Positions 18,557 to 28,903 of a DNA stretch of 64,000 nt are shown here, in pieces; within the stretch, counting starts at the first letter, position 1, and each line of letters begins with the position of its first letter. Below the pieces are notes generated by a model. That model made no database searches, was not told the origin of the DNA, and worked only from the letters and a program-made list of their open reading frames with translations. The stretch is from an uncultured virus (IMG/VR IMGVR_UViG_3300023184_000087) (Duplodnaviria > Heunggongvirae > Uroviricota > Caudoviricetes). The position numbers and the translations under genes were made by a program. The stretch covers positions 1 to 64,000 of IMG/VR virus record IMGVR_UViG_3300023184_000087; one strand, written 5' to 3'.

Positions 18557-20457
18557 ATTTTTTTAACCTTTGCGGCCAATGTATAAGAGTATACATTTGG
18601 AACAACGTTTGTATTTGGATCCTTTAGTAATTTTATTTTAACTAATATGCTCTTAACCTCTTGTGGAATTTTTGGATAGTTTTCATATCCTACGCCTGGA
18701 AGCTTGTACCCTGGTGAAACATTTTGATTGAATACTAAAATTTCTGGATTTTGTGAAGAAGTAGAAGAGCTAAATCCATACTGAGTAGAACTTATTTCAA
18801 ACCAATTATTTCCACCATCAACAGATATTTCAGATGATATGAGTTGAATATTTGAAGAAACATTTTTTACGTCGCTCTCTATGCCAAGCATTACTGACTC
18901 TACTGGATAATCGAAAACATAGGGTAGAGAGATAATTTCTGCTGAATCTAAATATTCAATATATTCGACTGAAACATCTCTTAAGCCAATAGACATCCTT
19001 CTGCTTTTAATTATATCTCTTTGTAATTTTAACGGAACAGTAAATGTTTGAACCGACTCAGATGTATTTGTGTTAGTGAGTCTTTTTTTTACAGATATAC
19101 TTATTTCTTTGCTAGTAACATTATTTTTCTTAAAAATATTTGGATTGCTTAATGGTGGAATTATTGCATCTTTGTTGTAATTTATTTCTTGATAAATATC
19201 CTTGCTTAAAGAATCTGGATTAAATCTTACAGAACCAAAAAATGGACTATTGTCTGATTTAGATCCGGTATAATCTGTAGCCCAGTAGGTATGCATTATC
19301 TCTTCTTCATTAAAATACGGCTGCTCAAGAATAATTCTAACTTTTAATACTTTTCTATCAGAAAATTTAACAACAGCTGAATCGAAATAGTATTTTGAAT
19401 AAGCCTCTTTTGTTAAGCTTTCTGGAGACAGCCCTATGTAAAAAGGTTCCCTAACAATATGTTCTGTTTCACCCAAATCGTTGGTAACATAAATGTTAGA
19501 AACTTTTACTATTTTTGTATATCCAAAATATGGAGATATTTTTATCGAATTAGCCATTGACGCGGCATTTGCTTCAATCGTAAAATCTAACTTTAAAGGT
19601 TCTTGCAAATTATGATTTGACCAATTAACTAAACTGCGTTTTGGCGCCGAAGAAAGTTCTTCTGAATCAACTATATAAGAAAACTCATTATCAGATGGAG
19701 CAAAATCAAATACATTTTTATACTTAGTTTTATCAACATTTAAAGCTTCATATTCAAAATATGTTAATGGATTTTTATCTATTATATTTAGTGGATTAGA
19801 TATTGAGGGACTGTTTTTAAAAACATATTCATAATTTATTTTATCTAATTCATCTTTTCTTTTAATAACGATATGATTATTCCCCATAAACCCATTGGAA
19901 TTATTCAATGTTAATCTAGATACATTCCAGTTGACAGTTTTTGCTGCCTGAATAGTTGCTGCACTGTTGTGTATCATTGGATTTTGATTTACTTTCATTT
20001 TAGAAAAATCCATGTAATCTTGATTATCAAACGAATCGCCAATGTAAACTATATCTTCTGCTGGACTTGAGGAATACATCTGAAGTATTTTTGTTTTTGA
20101 AAATATTCTTTGAGAATACTTTTTTTCATTTTCTATTTCAGAAGTAAATAAATTAAATATACTTATAGTTTTTGCAGTTAAATAATCTAATTGCTTGGCA
20201 GATATGTTGATATCATTTTTTAATGAATTAACAAATTTATTTATTTTGGTCGATGTTGGTGGTTCGCCTTTTGTAAATAAATCTAAACTTGTATTAAATG
20301 AATCTATATTTTTATAGGCGTCACTCAATGCCTGGTTAAAGTCCGATATTAGATCTTGCTTTGTAATGTATTTGCCATTTTTTAGTTTGTCAGCTATAGA
20401 AGAAAGTGATGTGGCAACTTGATCAAAAATAGATGTTGATGGTGATAGTTGTGCCAT
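18553..20457 (-). CDS. Virion/baseplate-associated structural protein (paralog family)
   Basis: KGEPPTSTKIN coiled coil, NIIDKNPLTYFE, SIGLRDVSV, ISVDGGNNW and C-terminal PNVYSYTL. Confidence 0.6.
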   Translation of the reverse strand: MAQLSPSTSIFDQVATSLSSIADKLKNGKYITKQDLISDFNQALSDAYKNIDSFNTSLDLFTKGEPPTSTKINKFVNSLKNDINISAKQLDYLTAKTISIFNLFTSEIENEKKYSQRIFSKTKILQMYSSSPAEDIVYIGDSFDNQDYMDFSKMKVNQNPMIHNSAATIQAAKTVNWNVSRLTLNNSNGFMGNNHIVIKRKDELDKINYEYVFKNSPSISNPLNIIDKNPLTYFEYEALNVDKTKYKNVFDFAPSDNEFSYIVDSEELSSAPKRSLVNWSNHNLQEPLKLDFTIEANAASMANSIKISPYFGYTKIVKVSNIYVTNDLGETEHIVREPFYIGLSPESLTKEAYSKYYFDSAVVKFSDRKVLKVRIILEQPYFNEEEIMHTYWATDYTGSKSDNSPFFGSVRFNPDSLSKDIYQEINYNKDAIIPPLSNPNIFKKNNVTSKEISISVKKRLTNTNTSESVQTFTVPLKLQRDIIKSRRMSIGLRDVSVEYIEYLDSAEIISLPYVFDYPVESVMLGIESDVKNVSSNIQLISSEISVDGGNNWFEISSTQYGFSSSTSSQNPEILVFNQNVSPGYKLPGVGYENYPKIPQEVKSILVKIKLLKDPNTNVVPNVYSYTLAAKVKKI

Positions 20458-20459
20458 AT

Positions 20460-23135
20460 TTAATTGACCGCCAATGCTTTGGTTAATTTGTCGTAATAAG
20501 GATCATAATTTTTTGTTTTTGCTTTAATAAGCACTGCATCAATTGATGCCTGATAAAGAATTTTTGATACATTTTTTCTAATTATTATTCTAAATCTAGT
20601 AGAGTTAGAAACGTATTCGTAAATTACCGAAAATGAATCAGATAAAATCTGATTAAATGCTATTTCTTTGCCATTTTGTATGAAATAAACTCTTGAACTA
20701 TCAGTAAAAGATGGAAGATCTTTACTGTTGGTATAGTTTGTTAGGTTAATTGCGTAAGATCCATCCGACAAAAGTACTTTGATCGGACTATAGCCCTGAT
20801 AGTCTGAGGAAAATATTGTGCCGTATGCGGGATTGTAGCTAGAAGTTTGGGCGTAGGTTGTATTGATATAAGGAAAATTACTTAGTGTTATTCTTCCCGT
20901 ATAATCTGTCATTGGGAACCTTTCACCCTGACCCTGATCGTTAAAATATGATTTAGTTGACTCTTGAAATAATTTATTTTTAATAAAATCAATATTATCA
21001 TAATTAAAAAGGGTTAAATCTGTTTTATATTTACAAACATATATAGAATTAATGTCTAATGAACTAATAATTATTGAATTTTCCTTTAAAGAATATTTAT
21101 TTGGTGAAACCATATAACCGTCTTTATACAAAACAAATGTTTCTTTTTTAAAATAAAATCTTGTATACGCAGATAACGATTGTAAATCAAAAAATAAAAC
21201 CTCTGAATCTATTTGATCGTTTCCATACTCCAGTATTGAAATCCAATCACTTTCGGATACAGGTATTTCTGTATTGGATATAGAAATCTCATAAGATATA
21301 GGTTCTTTTAGATCAAAATTAAATCTATTAAAATCTATTATATTTTTACTCTTAACCAAAGAAGCTTTTAGGGCTAAAGGATATCCGTTGAATGGAATTT
21401 TTTTACTAACAAAACATGCTTTATTAGAATCTACCTTATCTACTGCTGCAAATTCTATTGATTTAATAGAAAAAGTATATTCATATTGATCTATTTTTTC
21501 TAAAATAAATAAATCTTTAAATATAGAACGGTTTGATCTTGAAATTGTTTCTGCAAATAACTCTTGTGTTTTTCCTGAAAATATATTATTTGAATCTTTT
21601 TGCAGAAGCATTCCTGGTTTTTTAAAATCATAGTTTTCTGAAAATATAGATCCAGATTCAACAAAAGTTGAATTATTAAAAATTTCTCCACTGTCTTTAA
21701 TCATATGAACAAAAAAGTTTTGAAACAAAGTAGATAAAATTGTACTCCATTTTTCATCTATTAAATTAGATTGAATATTTTCTTCTGAAAAATTATCTCT
21801 GCCCATTTTATTAGCGAATGTTTTATTAACATTTGGGTATTTATATGAATAATAACTATCATTCATATATTTATTTTTAAATAAATCTTTAATAGAATTA
21901 TTTCTTAAAAATAAATTGTATACTAAATCCTGTAATTTATCTGTATTAGACCTTCTTATTTCTCTTATTTCTCTGCCAATATCATATACAGCTTTTGCGT
22001 TTAATTCACTTGATGAAGTAACATTCTCATTCTTGGAATAAACTGGTTGATTAAATATAAGTATAATTTTACTTACATTTCTTCTTGGAAAAGAAATTTC
22101 AGTAATAGAATCCAGTTGCTTCGGTTCCGTTAATACAGAAATAGTTGTCGTAGAAGATATGGGATCTCCAATGCTGTTGATAGTATACGATTCAACTGCT
22201 TGATCGGAATCTGTTGCTTCTTCTAAAATTGTTTCGTAATCTTTATAGACATAACTTTCTGTAGAGTCAGAAGACAGAACTGCCTGTAGCAATTGAAGGC
22301 CGTTCCCGTGGCCCGGTGTTATGTATATTGTATCTATTTCCTGTGGAAATGCAAAAGACATTTCAACAATATTTTGTGCACCATTGATATAAGAAGTATC
22401 ATAAGATATATATTTTTTAATATCATCTATTTTTGATGTTAAAATAACTGGAGATTTTATACTTACGTTCCAAGAATCTGATTTACTATCATTTAAAGTT
22501 GTATAAAAACCACTGTCACTTGATTTATAGTTTTCATAATTGCTTTTAATTTTTATATCATCGATAAAATCGAGTGCGTTTTTGGTTGTGATACCACTAC
22601 CAATTTTAAATACACCAGCTTTTGTATCAACAAAACCATTGCCATTCTCGTCAAAATGAGAACCATCTCTATCAATTAAATCAAATAAATAACCGTCTGT
22701 TCTATAATCATTTAAATAATTATCAAATTTTTCTATATAATTTGAATTATATAAATCATCTTTTCCTGCTATAAATTCATAATTATCAATAAAAATCTGT
22801 AATGTATCTAAATCTTTTTCTACTTTTTCAATTTCAGAAAAGAAAATATCGATCATCGAATTCAGCATTAAGCCAACTGTATTGGCTGACGCATAGTAGC
22901 TTCTCATTCTTAAGTCTGCGTCTCTAAAAATGTCGATAAAAAACTCTTTATTCAAAGAACTAAATTGACTAAATATAGATGGAGAATAACTTGTGTCCAC
23001 TCTTATTTGTGAAAGTTTTGAAATCAAGCTAGATACATCTGATTTATCAATCTTCATTTGATTGATCAAAGAAGATACTGTAGCTTGAGAGCTGTTTGAA
23101 AAACTATTAATTACATTTGGAAGTTGTTTTAACAT
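20460..23135 (-). CDS. Virion/baseplate-associated structural protein (paralog family)
   Basis: N-terminal coiled coil, TLNDSKSDSW, YTFSIKSIE, WISIL and C-terminal ASIDAVLIKAK. Confidence 0.6.
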   Translation of the reverse strand: MLKQLPNVINSFSNSSQATVSSLINQMKIDKSDVSSLISKLSQIRVDTSYSPSIFSQFSSLNKEFFIDIFRDADLRMRSYYASANTVGLMLNSMIDIFFSEIEKVEKDLDTLQIFIDNYEFIAGKDDLYNSNYIEKFDNYLNDYRTDGYLFDLIDRDGSHFDENGNGFVDTKAGVFKIGSGITTKNALDFIDDIKIKSNYENYKSSDSGFYTTLNDSKSDSWNVSIKSPVILTSKIDDIKKYISYDTSYINGAQNIVEMSFAFPQEIDTIYITPGHGNGLQLLQAVLSSDSTESYVYKDYETILEEATDSDQAVESYTINSIGDPISSTTTISVLTEPKQLDSITEISFPRRNVSKIILIFNQPVYSKNENVTSSSELNAKAVYDIGREIREIRRSNTDKLQDLVYNLFLRNNSIKDLFKNKYMNDSYYSYKYPNVNKTFANKMGRDNFSEENIQSNLIDEKWSTILSTLFQNFFVHMIKDSGEIFNNSTFVESGSIFSENYDFKKPGMLLQKDSNNIFSGKTQELFAETISRSNRSIFKDLFILEKIDQYEYTFSIKSIEFAAVDKVDSNKACFVSKKIPFNGYPLALKASLVKSKNIIDFNRFNFDLKEPISYEISISNTEIPVSESDWISILEYGNDQIDSEVLFFDLQSLSAYTRFYFKKETFVLYKDGYMVSPNKYSLKENSIIISSLDINSIYVCKYKTDLTLFNYDNIDFIKNKLFQESTKSYFNDQGQGERFPMTDYTGRITLSNFPYINTTYAQTSSYNPAYGTIFSSDYQGYSPIKVLLSDGSYAINLTNYTNSKDLPSFTDSSRVYFIQNGKEIAFNQILSDSFSVIYEYVSNSTRFRIIIRKNVSKILYQASIDAVLIKAKTKNYDPYYDKLTKALAVN

Positions 23136-26100
23136 TATATTTCCCAGATCTCTCCATCTAAATTCTGTATTTGGAAAGAAATACCAGCAGTTAGATTTCT
23201 ACGAATTATATCATATATTTCTTCTATATTTTCAAAGTTATTTTTAACTTCATCTGGTATCCTAATTACTACAAATCCACCTCTTGGATATGAGCATCCG
23301 TGTATTGGGTACACGTCCCAGTTTGAAAGGAGATTATCTATCTCTGAATCTATCTGTACGAATTGGTGCTCGGCTGCTATGCCACCACCCCTTAATCTCG
23401 TATCATATATCTCTGTTTGCTTCTTGTTAGGGTTATTGGTAAAGTATATAATGCCGATTGGCAATGCGAAGGGGTCGTGCTTCGGTGAATATTCATTAAA
23501 TATTTCAGAATTATACGTAAAATTATACGGATAACTTGGAACGTAATCCTGTAATGGCACATATTCAGCGGCGTCAGCTGAGTTTGTTGAGAGTTTATTA
23601 ATCTTTATTGGTAGCACATATATGTATAAGGGTTTATTAAATTTGATATTTTTAGAATTTAAAAATGGATTAAGAGGAACTGTCTCTCCATTCGATTGAT
23701 ATATCATCAAATCAGAATTTTTAATTACATAATTTACTTTTATTAAATTTTCATCAGAAGGAATTATTCTATTGTTAAATTCTATTAAACCAGAACTGCA
23801 ATTGTAATCTCTAACTTCAGAGAGGGATAATTTTTCCCATTCGGAAGATGAGGTTTCTTTTGTGTATATCTCAATCTGTGGTTTAAATAAAGGGGCTACT
23901 GAATTTTTATAATTAGTTGGTTCTGGCCAAACAACTAATGGTGTTTGTCTTAACTTAATTTGTTTGTCAGAAACTAATATTGGTTTTTCATTTTTAACAT
24001 CATAATATCCTCTACCAAAAATATTAGACCAATTTACACCCTTAGCCGAAGTTGTGTCATAAGTCGCAATAAGAGTTTGGTTTATATAATTAGATTTCCA
24101 ATCCTCATAAATAGATATGTCTGATATATTAATCGATTTAGTAAAGGATCCGGATGTTATTATCAGCGGCCATGCTTGTTTTTTGTCGACATAAGAATCC
24201 ATATTACCAATTTTTATTGCTGTTCCAGAATTATATTTAACAGAGTAAACAGGACATATTTTTTTAATTGGAATATTTGTTGGAATAAAAGTTGTGCTGA
24301 CTTTTGGTCCAATATAATCTATAATGTTCTGGGTATTACCATCTGAATCATAGGCAACAACTGCAAGAAATATATTGTTTATACCCCTAACAATCATGTC
24401 TACATATGAAACTGTATCTCCTAAGAATTCTTTCTGAGCAAAATCATAAAATCCATAAATAAATCCGTCTTGTTCTGGAATTCTATTTTTAACATAGACA
24501 AAACCCAGTCTCGCGTCTTTTTCTTGCTCTGTTGCTGTTGATCCAAAGTAACTCGAGATTTCGGAACCGCTTGGTATACCGACAGGTTTTCCAAATTCGT
24601 TACACAACAACAGTGTTCCGTCTAATGTTGTTATAGATTCTTTTTTAGGCACTATTACATTGTTTAAATTTTTCATTAAATACTGATTAATATATGTAAG
24701 TGGAGTACTAATTACGCTTGAACCGGAGTAGTAAGTGGCTGAAGTTTCTATTGTTAATCTTGTTGCATTTCCCGAGGATGGATTTGTTTCTAAATAATTT
24801 ATACTTAAAACAGAAGATGGTGAAGACACATTTGATCCTGTTTCTGAAACTAAAGAAGTTAAAGAAACAGAATTTGATCCATTTAAATCAACATAAAGCT
24901 GCTTAGTAAAATCGAATACAACACCGGAACTAGCAGTAAAATTAGCCGTAGAAAGTTTAATAGAACTTGATAGAGATTCTGTGTATGATTTATTTAAATA
25001 GCTATATACCAAAGAACCAAATGTCAATGGAATTGTTTTGACTGTATTAGTATCATATTTGACTGTATGGTTTTTTAACGCCGAAAGGTCAGAGAACTTT
25101 TCCGCAGTTGTTGCCGTAACATATGCGTCTACAGTTTTTGTTATAACTTTTGTATCAGTTCTAATATTTTTTTCTGTATTTTCAGAAAAAGAAACTTCAG
25201 ACCAAGACGATCCATTCCATGAATAATATTTTTCTGTGTCTACAGTATATATTAAATATCCAGACTTATTTGACTTAAGAGTGTTTCCATCATAATAAAC
25301 ATTTGGATTATTTTCAGTCCAATAGTTTGCTATATCTTCTATTTCTGGTTTATTTAAACTAGGAAATGCGTTGTAGGTTTCCGAAACTGGAACTTCTATT
25401 TCCTTTGGATCGCCATATACTGGAGCTGTTGTAGTTGCATTCCCAACTATGTCACATCTGATGCTTCTGATTTGATATCCTTCAGCGTTTCCATATTTAG
25501 ACTGGTTGATTACTGTATCATTAGTCCTAAAATAAATATAAACATATTTACAATTTCCTATTGGTTGATCGTGCATCGACAGGATAACGTTTCCAGAACT
25601 ATCTGGTTTTTTGTTGACAGTATAACCATTGTATACGCTATTGTTTATAGTATTAGCAAAAGAAACATTATTAGCTGCATGGTTTACTGGGGAAAAACCA
25701 TAAGACACTACTGTTACATTGCGCCAATTTTCAAGAGTTCCAAAATTAATTTTAATATTTTTTACCGTTTCTGCACCGTCGGGTATGGTGAAAAATATTA
25801 CATCTTGGATTCTTGTTACCTGAGTTCCGATTCCTCCACCAGAATAACTTACTCTTCTATATTTTCCTCCAGAATTTATTTCATTTATATCACCCTGCGA
25901 CAATGCTGCGTCGTAATACTTTGAAACTCCGTTAGAGCTACATAGGTTTTTAGCTGTTACCGAATTTATAATACCAAGTGACATTGCACTCACGAATAAA
26001 GATTTTGTTTGGCTATCTACTTTTCCGTCAACAATACCATCAAATCGTACGCCACTTGTTTTCATTCTGTTTTGAAAAGCAGATACGGCGGTGGATGCAG

Positions 26101-28903
26101 CGGAGTCATACGAGGTGTTGATCGCTCCGCTATAAAATCCTCCGGCTTTTAAGACTGATTTAATATACTTTACGTACTCTCCAGTCGTTCCAACTGTCCA
26201 GGCACTGGATACGTTTCCGGCATCTATGTCCCAGGTATAATCAAAATTTCTCCAAACAAGATCAGAAGAATTAAATACAGAATCTCTTCCAGAAGTAAGG
26301 TTAACGCACGGGATATCATTTTGTGATTGACCAGGGATTGTACCCCCAGCATCTACAACAGTTGGTTCACCCTTTTGAATTATTGTATAGTTTCTTACTA
26401 CAGTTCCTACAGATCTTTTTAGCTGTAATTGTCCTTCTCCCTGATAGTGTATTCTTATATTTGAAGAATATGTTCCCTTAAAACTAAGTGGTTTATCTGT
26501 TGCTGTTTGGTATGAATAAGCTGTTTCTAATTCAAATGGGTAGGCAATAAAATAATTTGTTGGATCAATATTATTATTAAGTAGTTTTGAATTTGAACTT
26601 TTCAGACTAGGAATTTCCTTGACAACATACGGCCCAAATCCATCTGGTATATTTATAATGGGAGATACAGTATCTGTATAAGCTTGAACAAAATTGCTTG
26701 AAGATGGAATAGAAAATAAACTATAAGAACTTGCTATGTTTTCCTCTATCGAAGATGCGACCTGTGTTGCATTTGCTATTAATACATCTGGATTTGTTAT
26801 CTCAATATAAAATTCTACAGAACTTAAATCAATAAAAGAAATTTTATCTTTTTGGTAGGTTGGAAGTGTTTCTGTTAACGAACGCAAATAGTATTCACCA
26901 ATATTAAGCGGTGATGGGATAATACTTCTTGCATATCTGGTTTCATTTGAGCCAACAGTAACATTTACAAATAATTGTTCTTTTTCTTCTGTCAAAAGGG
27001 CATCTTGATTCATTGCCCAAGACGAATTCCATTCTCCAACAAAGTTAAATAAAGAAGATCTTGTATCTATTACCCTCGATGCATATGATCTTGAATAGAG
27101 GGCATATGAAACTGAGTTATATAAAAACTTAAACGGACCTTCTACAACTGCTGAAATTAAACTTGTATTATTTTCTTCAAAAACAGATTGTTCATTATTT
27201 AATTTTAGAACAGCAGATTTTGAGGCTATGCTATAGATTGAATTACAATATTCTAAAAAAGAAAAAGAAGTAAATATTATATTTCCCTGTGCTACGGCGT
27301 CGCCAATTGTTGGAAACTCAAATAGTGCGCCGACGGAGGAATTTGAAGATGAACTAATGCCTATGTTTAAAAAGCTTTTAGAAGAATTAACTCCAGATAT
27401 TGTTCTATATGAACCCTTTTTTAGCCCAAAGATTCCATAGTCTTCGTTTTCAAATATGGTAGAATCTATATTCCATCCACCATTTTTTGTTTCGTCAAGT
27501 ATTTTTGAGGTTGTTACATATTGATAGTAAGTTGGGACAACTGTTGCATTAAATGCATTTATCTTTATTTCTGAATGTATGAATGGTTCCTCTGAAGGGT
27601 ACAGTGACCCATCGACCAATAATGTTCCATTGTGTATTTTTACATAATTATTTATTAATATATTAGCTTTTTCAGAGATTTTTTTTGTTGGACAAAATGT
27701 AAGTATATCAAAATCTTTTAATGAATCAATAGACTGAATATCAATCATCCAGTAATTTGCTTTAGTTTTATCTAAGCTGTTTGCTGCTTCGCTTATTGGA
27801 TTTTTAAATGTAAATTTAGAAAAGTTAAATGGAGATTTTTCAAGTCTATAGAATACATATGGTTTAATAATTTCTAAAGATTGGGTATCAAAAGAATCAT
27901 ATAAGACACCAACGTTTACTGTTTTTTGTTTTATACCAGTAGTTGTTTCTAAGTCAGAAAAGTAATCGATTAGCTCTAGGTTAACTGACTGTTTAGACCT
28001 AGCTATTAGTCTCCAGTTAAATACTTCATAAGTTCTATTATCTGCTATTGCTCTTTTAGGGACAAAAACCTGATATCCAGTTGAATTAATATTAACATTA
28101 AATATATCTGAATATTTTTTATTAAACTTTTTTACAGAAAATACTTTTTTATTATAATTATTATCTACAACAAAAGTTTCTTCTGGTATTTGTTTAAAGT
28201 ATTGAACAGTATTAATTGATTCTGAGTATCTTAAGTACTGTGAAGTCGCTTTTCCATTTGAACCGCATTCAATTTTATCGTAAATTAATTTAAGATTAAT
28301 TGGATCAGAAGAATCTAAGCCTATAATTATCTTGTATGGAATTTCCGTATCTTGATAATTATCTTCCGTTATAAATGGTTCAAGTAATATTTTATATTTT
28401 TTTCTACCAGTATTTATATCTACGTGATCTTGATTTTGTGAATTCAAAACTTTGATATTCAATGACGCATATAGGGATTGTGGTATATATTCTGATAGAC
28501 CATACGTGCTGTGGTTTACGGGAGCAGATATAAAAAATCTACTTACATAATAATAATGAAAAAATTCATCAGAATTTATTTCTGAAACTTTTAAGATTTC
28601 AGTTTGATAATCCTTTAGTAGAAAAGAATCACTTATTGATATGTCTTGGCTTGGGAATATTGTATTTCCTGTTTCATCTTCTAAGATGCCAAGCTCATTT
28701 GCATAATAAGTTTTTACTCCTCTGTCTAAAAATATTTTATTTTCAGGTATAGAATTTGATATGTCTATAACAGTTAAATTATTTTTAGGAGATAATTCTT
28801 CATTAACAAAATAAGCTATGTTTGCTGCGTCGTCGGGGACTGACGACCCAATTTTTATTGCGTTTTCTTTTTCGCTAATTGTTATATTTTTAAATAGCTT
28901 CAT
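23135..28903 (-). CDS. Large virion/baseplate protein with an internal peptidoglycan-binding domain
   Basis: 1922 aa; PGBD-like GTTGEYVKYIKSVLKAGGFYSGAINTSYDSAASTAVSAFQ...DGKVDSQT; C-terminal DTRLRGGG...YPRGGFVVIRIP. Confidence 0.65.
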   Translation of the reverse strand: MKLFKNITISEKENAIKIGSSVPDDAANIAYFVNEELSPKNNLTVIDISNSIPENKIFLDRGVKTYYANELGILEDETGNTIFPSQDISISDSFLLKDYQTEILKVSEINSDEFFHYYYVSRFFISAPVNHSTYGLSEYIPQSLYASLNIKVLNSQNQDHVDINTGRKKYKILLEPFITEDNYQDTEIPYKIIIGLDSSDPINLKLIYDKIECGSNGKATSQYLRYSESINTVQYFKQIPEETFVVDNNYNKKVFSVKKFNKKYSDIFNVNINSTGYQVFVPKRAIADNRTYEVFNWRLIARSKQSVNLELIDYFSDLETTTGIKQKTVNVGVLYDSFDTQSLEIIKPYVFYRLEKSPFNFSKFTFKNPISEAANSLDKTKANYWMIDIQSIDSLKDFDILTFCPTKKISEKANILINNYVKIHNGTLLVDGSLYPSEEPFIHSEIKINAFNATVVPTYYQYVTTSKILDETKNGGWNIDSTIFENEDYGIFGLKKGSYRTISGVNSSKSFLNIGISSSSNSSVGALFEFPTIGDAVAQGNIIFTSFSFLEYCNSIYSIASKSAVLKLNNEQSVFEENNTSLISAVVEGPFKFLYNSVSYALYSRSYASRVIDTRSSLFNFVGEWNSSWAMNQDALLTEEKEQLFVNVTVGSNETRYARSIIPSPLNIGEYYLRSLTETLPTYQKDKISFIDLSSVEFYIEITNPDVLIANATQVASSIEENIASSYSLFSIPSSSNFVQAYTDTVSPIINIPDGFGPYVVKEIPSLKSSNSKLLNNNIDPTNYFIAYPFELETAYSYQTATDKPLSFKGTYSSNIRIHYQGEGQLQLKRSVGTVVRNYTIIQKGEPTVVDAGGTIPGQSQNDIPCVNLTSGRDSVFNSSDLVWRNFDYTWDIDAGNVSSAWTVGTTGEYVKYIKSVLKAGGFYSGAINTSYDSAASTAVSAFQNRMKTSGVRFDGIVDGKVDSQTKSLFVSAMSLGIINSVTAKNLCSSNGVSKYYDAALSQGDINEINSGGKYRRVSYSGGGIGTQVTRIQDVIFFTIPDGAETVKNIKINFGTLENWRNVTVVSYGFSPVNHAANNVSFANTINNSVYNGYTVNKKPDSSGNVILSMHDQPIGNCKYVYIYFRTNDTVINQSKYGNAEGYQIRSIRCDIVGNATTTAPVYGDPKEIEVPVSETYNAFPSLNKPEIEDIANYWTENNPNVYYDGNTLKSNKSGYLIYTVDTEKYYSWNGSSWSEVSFSENTEKNIRTDTKVITKTVDAYVTATTAEKFSDLSALKNHTVKYDTNTVKTIPLTFGSLVYSYLNKSYTESLSSSIKLSTANFTASSGVVFDFTKQLYVDLNGSNSVSLTSLVSETGSNVSSPSSVLSINYLETNPSSGNATRLTIETSATYYSGSSVISTPLTYINQYLMKNLNNVIVPKKESITTLDGTLLLCNEFGKPVGIPSGSEISSYFGSTATEQEKDARLGFVYVKNRIPEQDGFIYGFYDFAQKEFLGDTVSYVDMIVRGINNIFLAVVAYDSDGNTQNIIDYIGPKVSTTFIPTNIPIKKICPVYSVKYNSGTAIKIGNMDSYVDKKQAWPLIITSGSFTKSINISDISIYEDWKSNYINQTLIATYDTTSAKGVNWSNIFGRGYYDVKNEKPILVSDKQIKLRQTPLVVWPEPTNYKNSVAPLFKPQIEIYTKETSSSEWEKLSLSEVRDYNCSSGLIEFNNRIIPSDENLIKVNYVIKNSDLMIYQSNGETVPLNPFLNSKNIKFNKPLYIYVLPIKINKLSTNSADAAEYVPLQDYVPSYPYNFTYNSEIFNEYSPKHDPFALPIGIIYFTNNPNKKQTEIYDTRLRGGGIAAEHQFVQIDSEIDNLLSNWDVYPIHGCSYPRGGFVVIRIPDEVKNNFENIEEIYDIIRRNLTAGISFQIQNLDGEIWEI

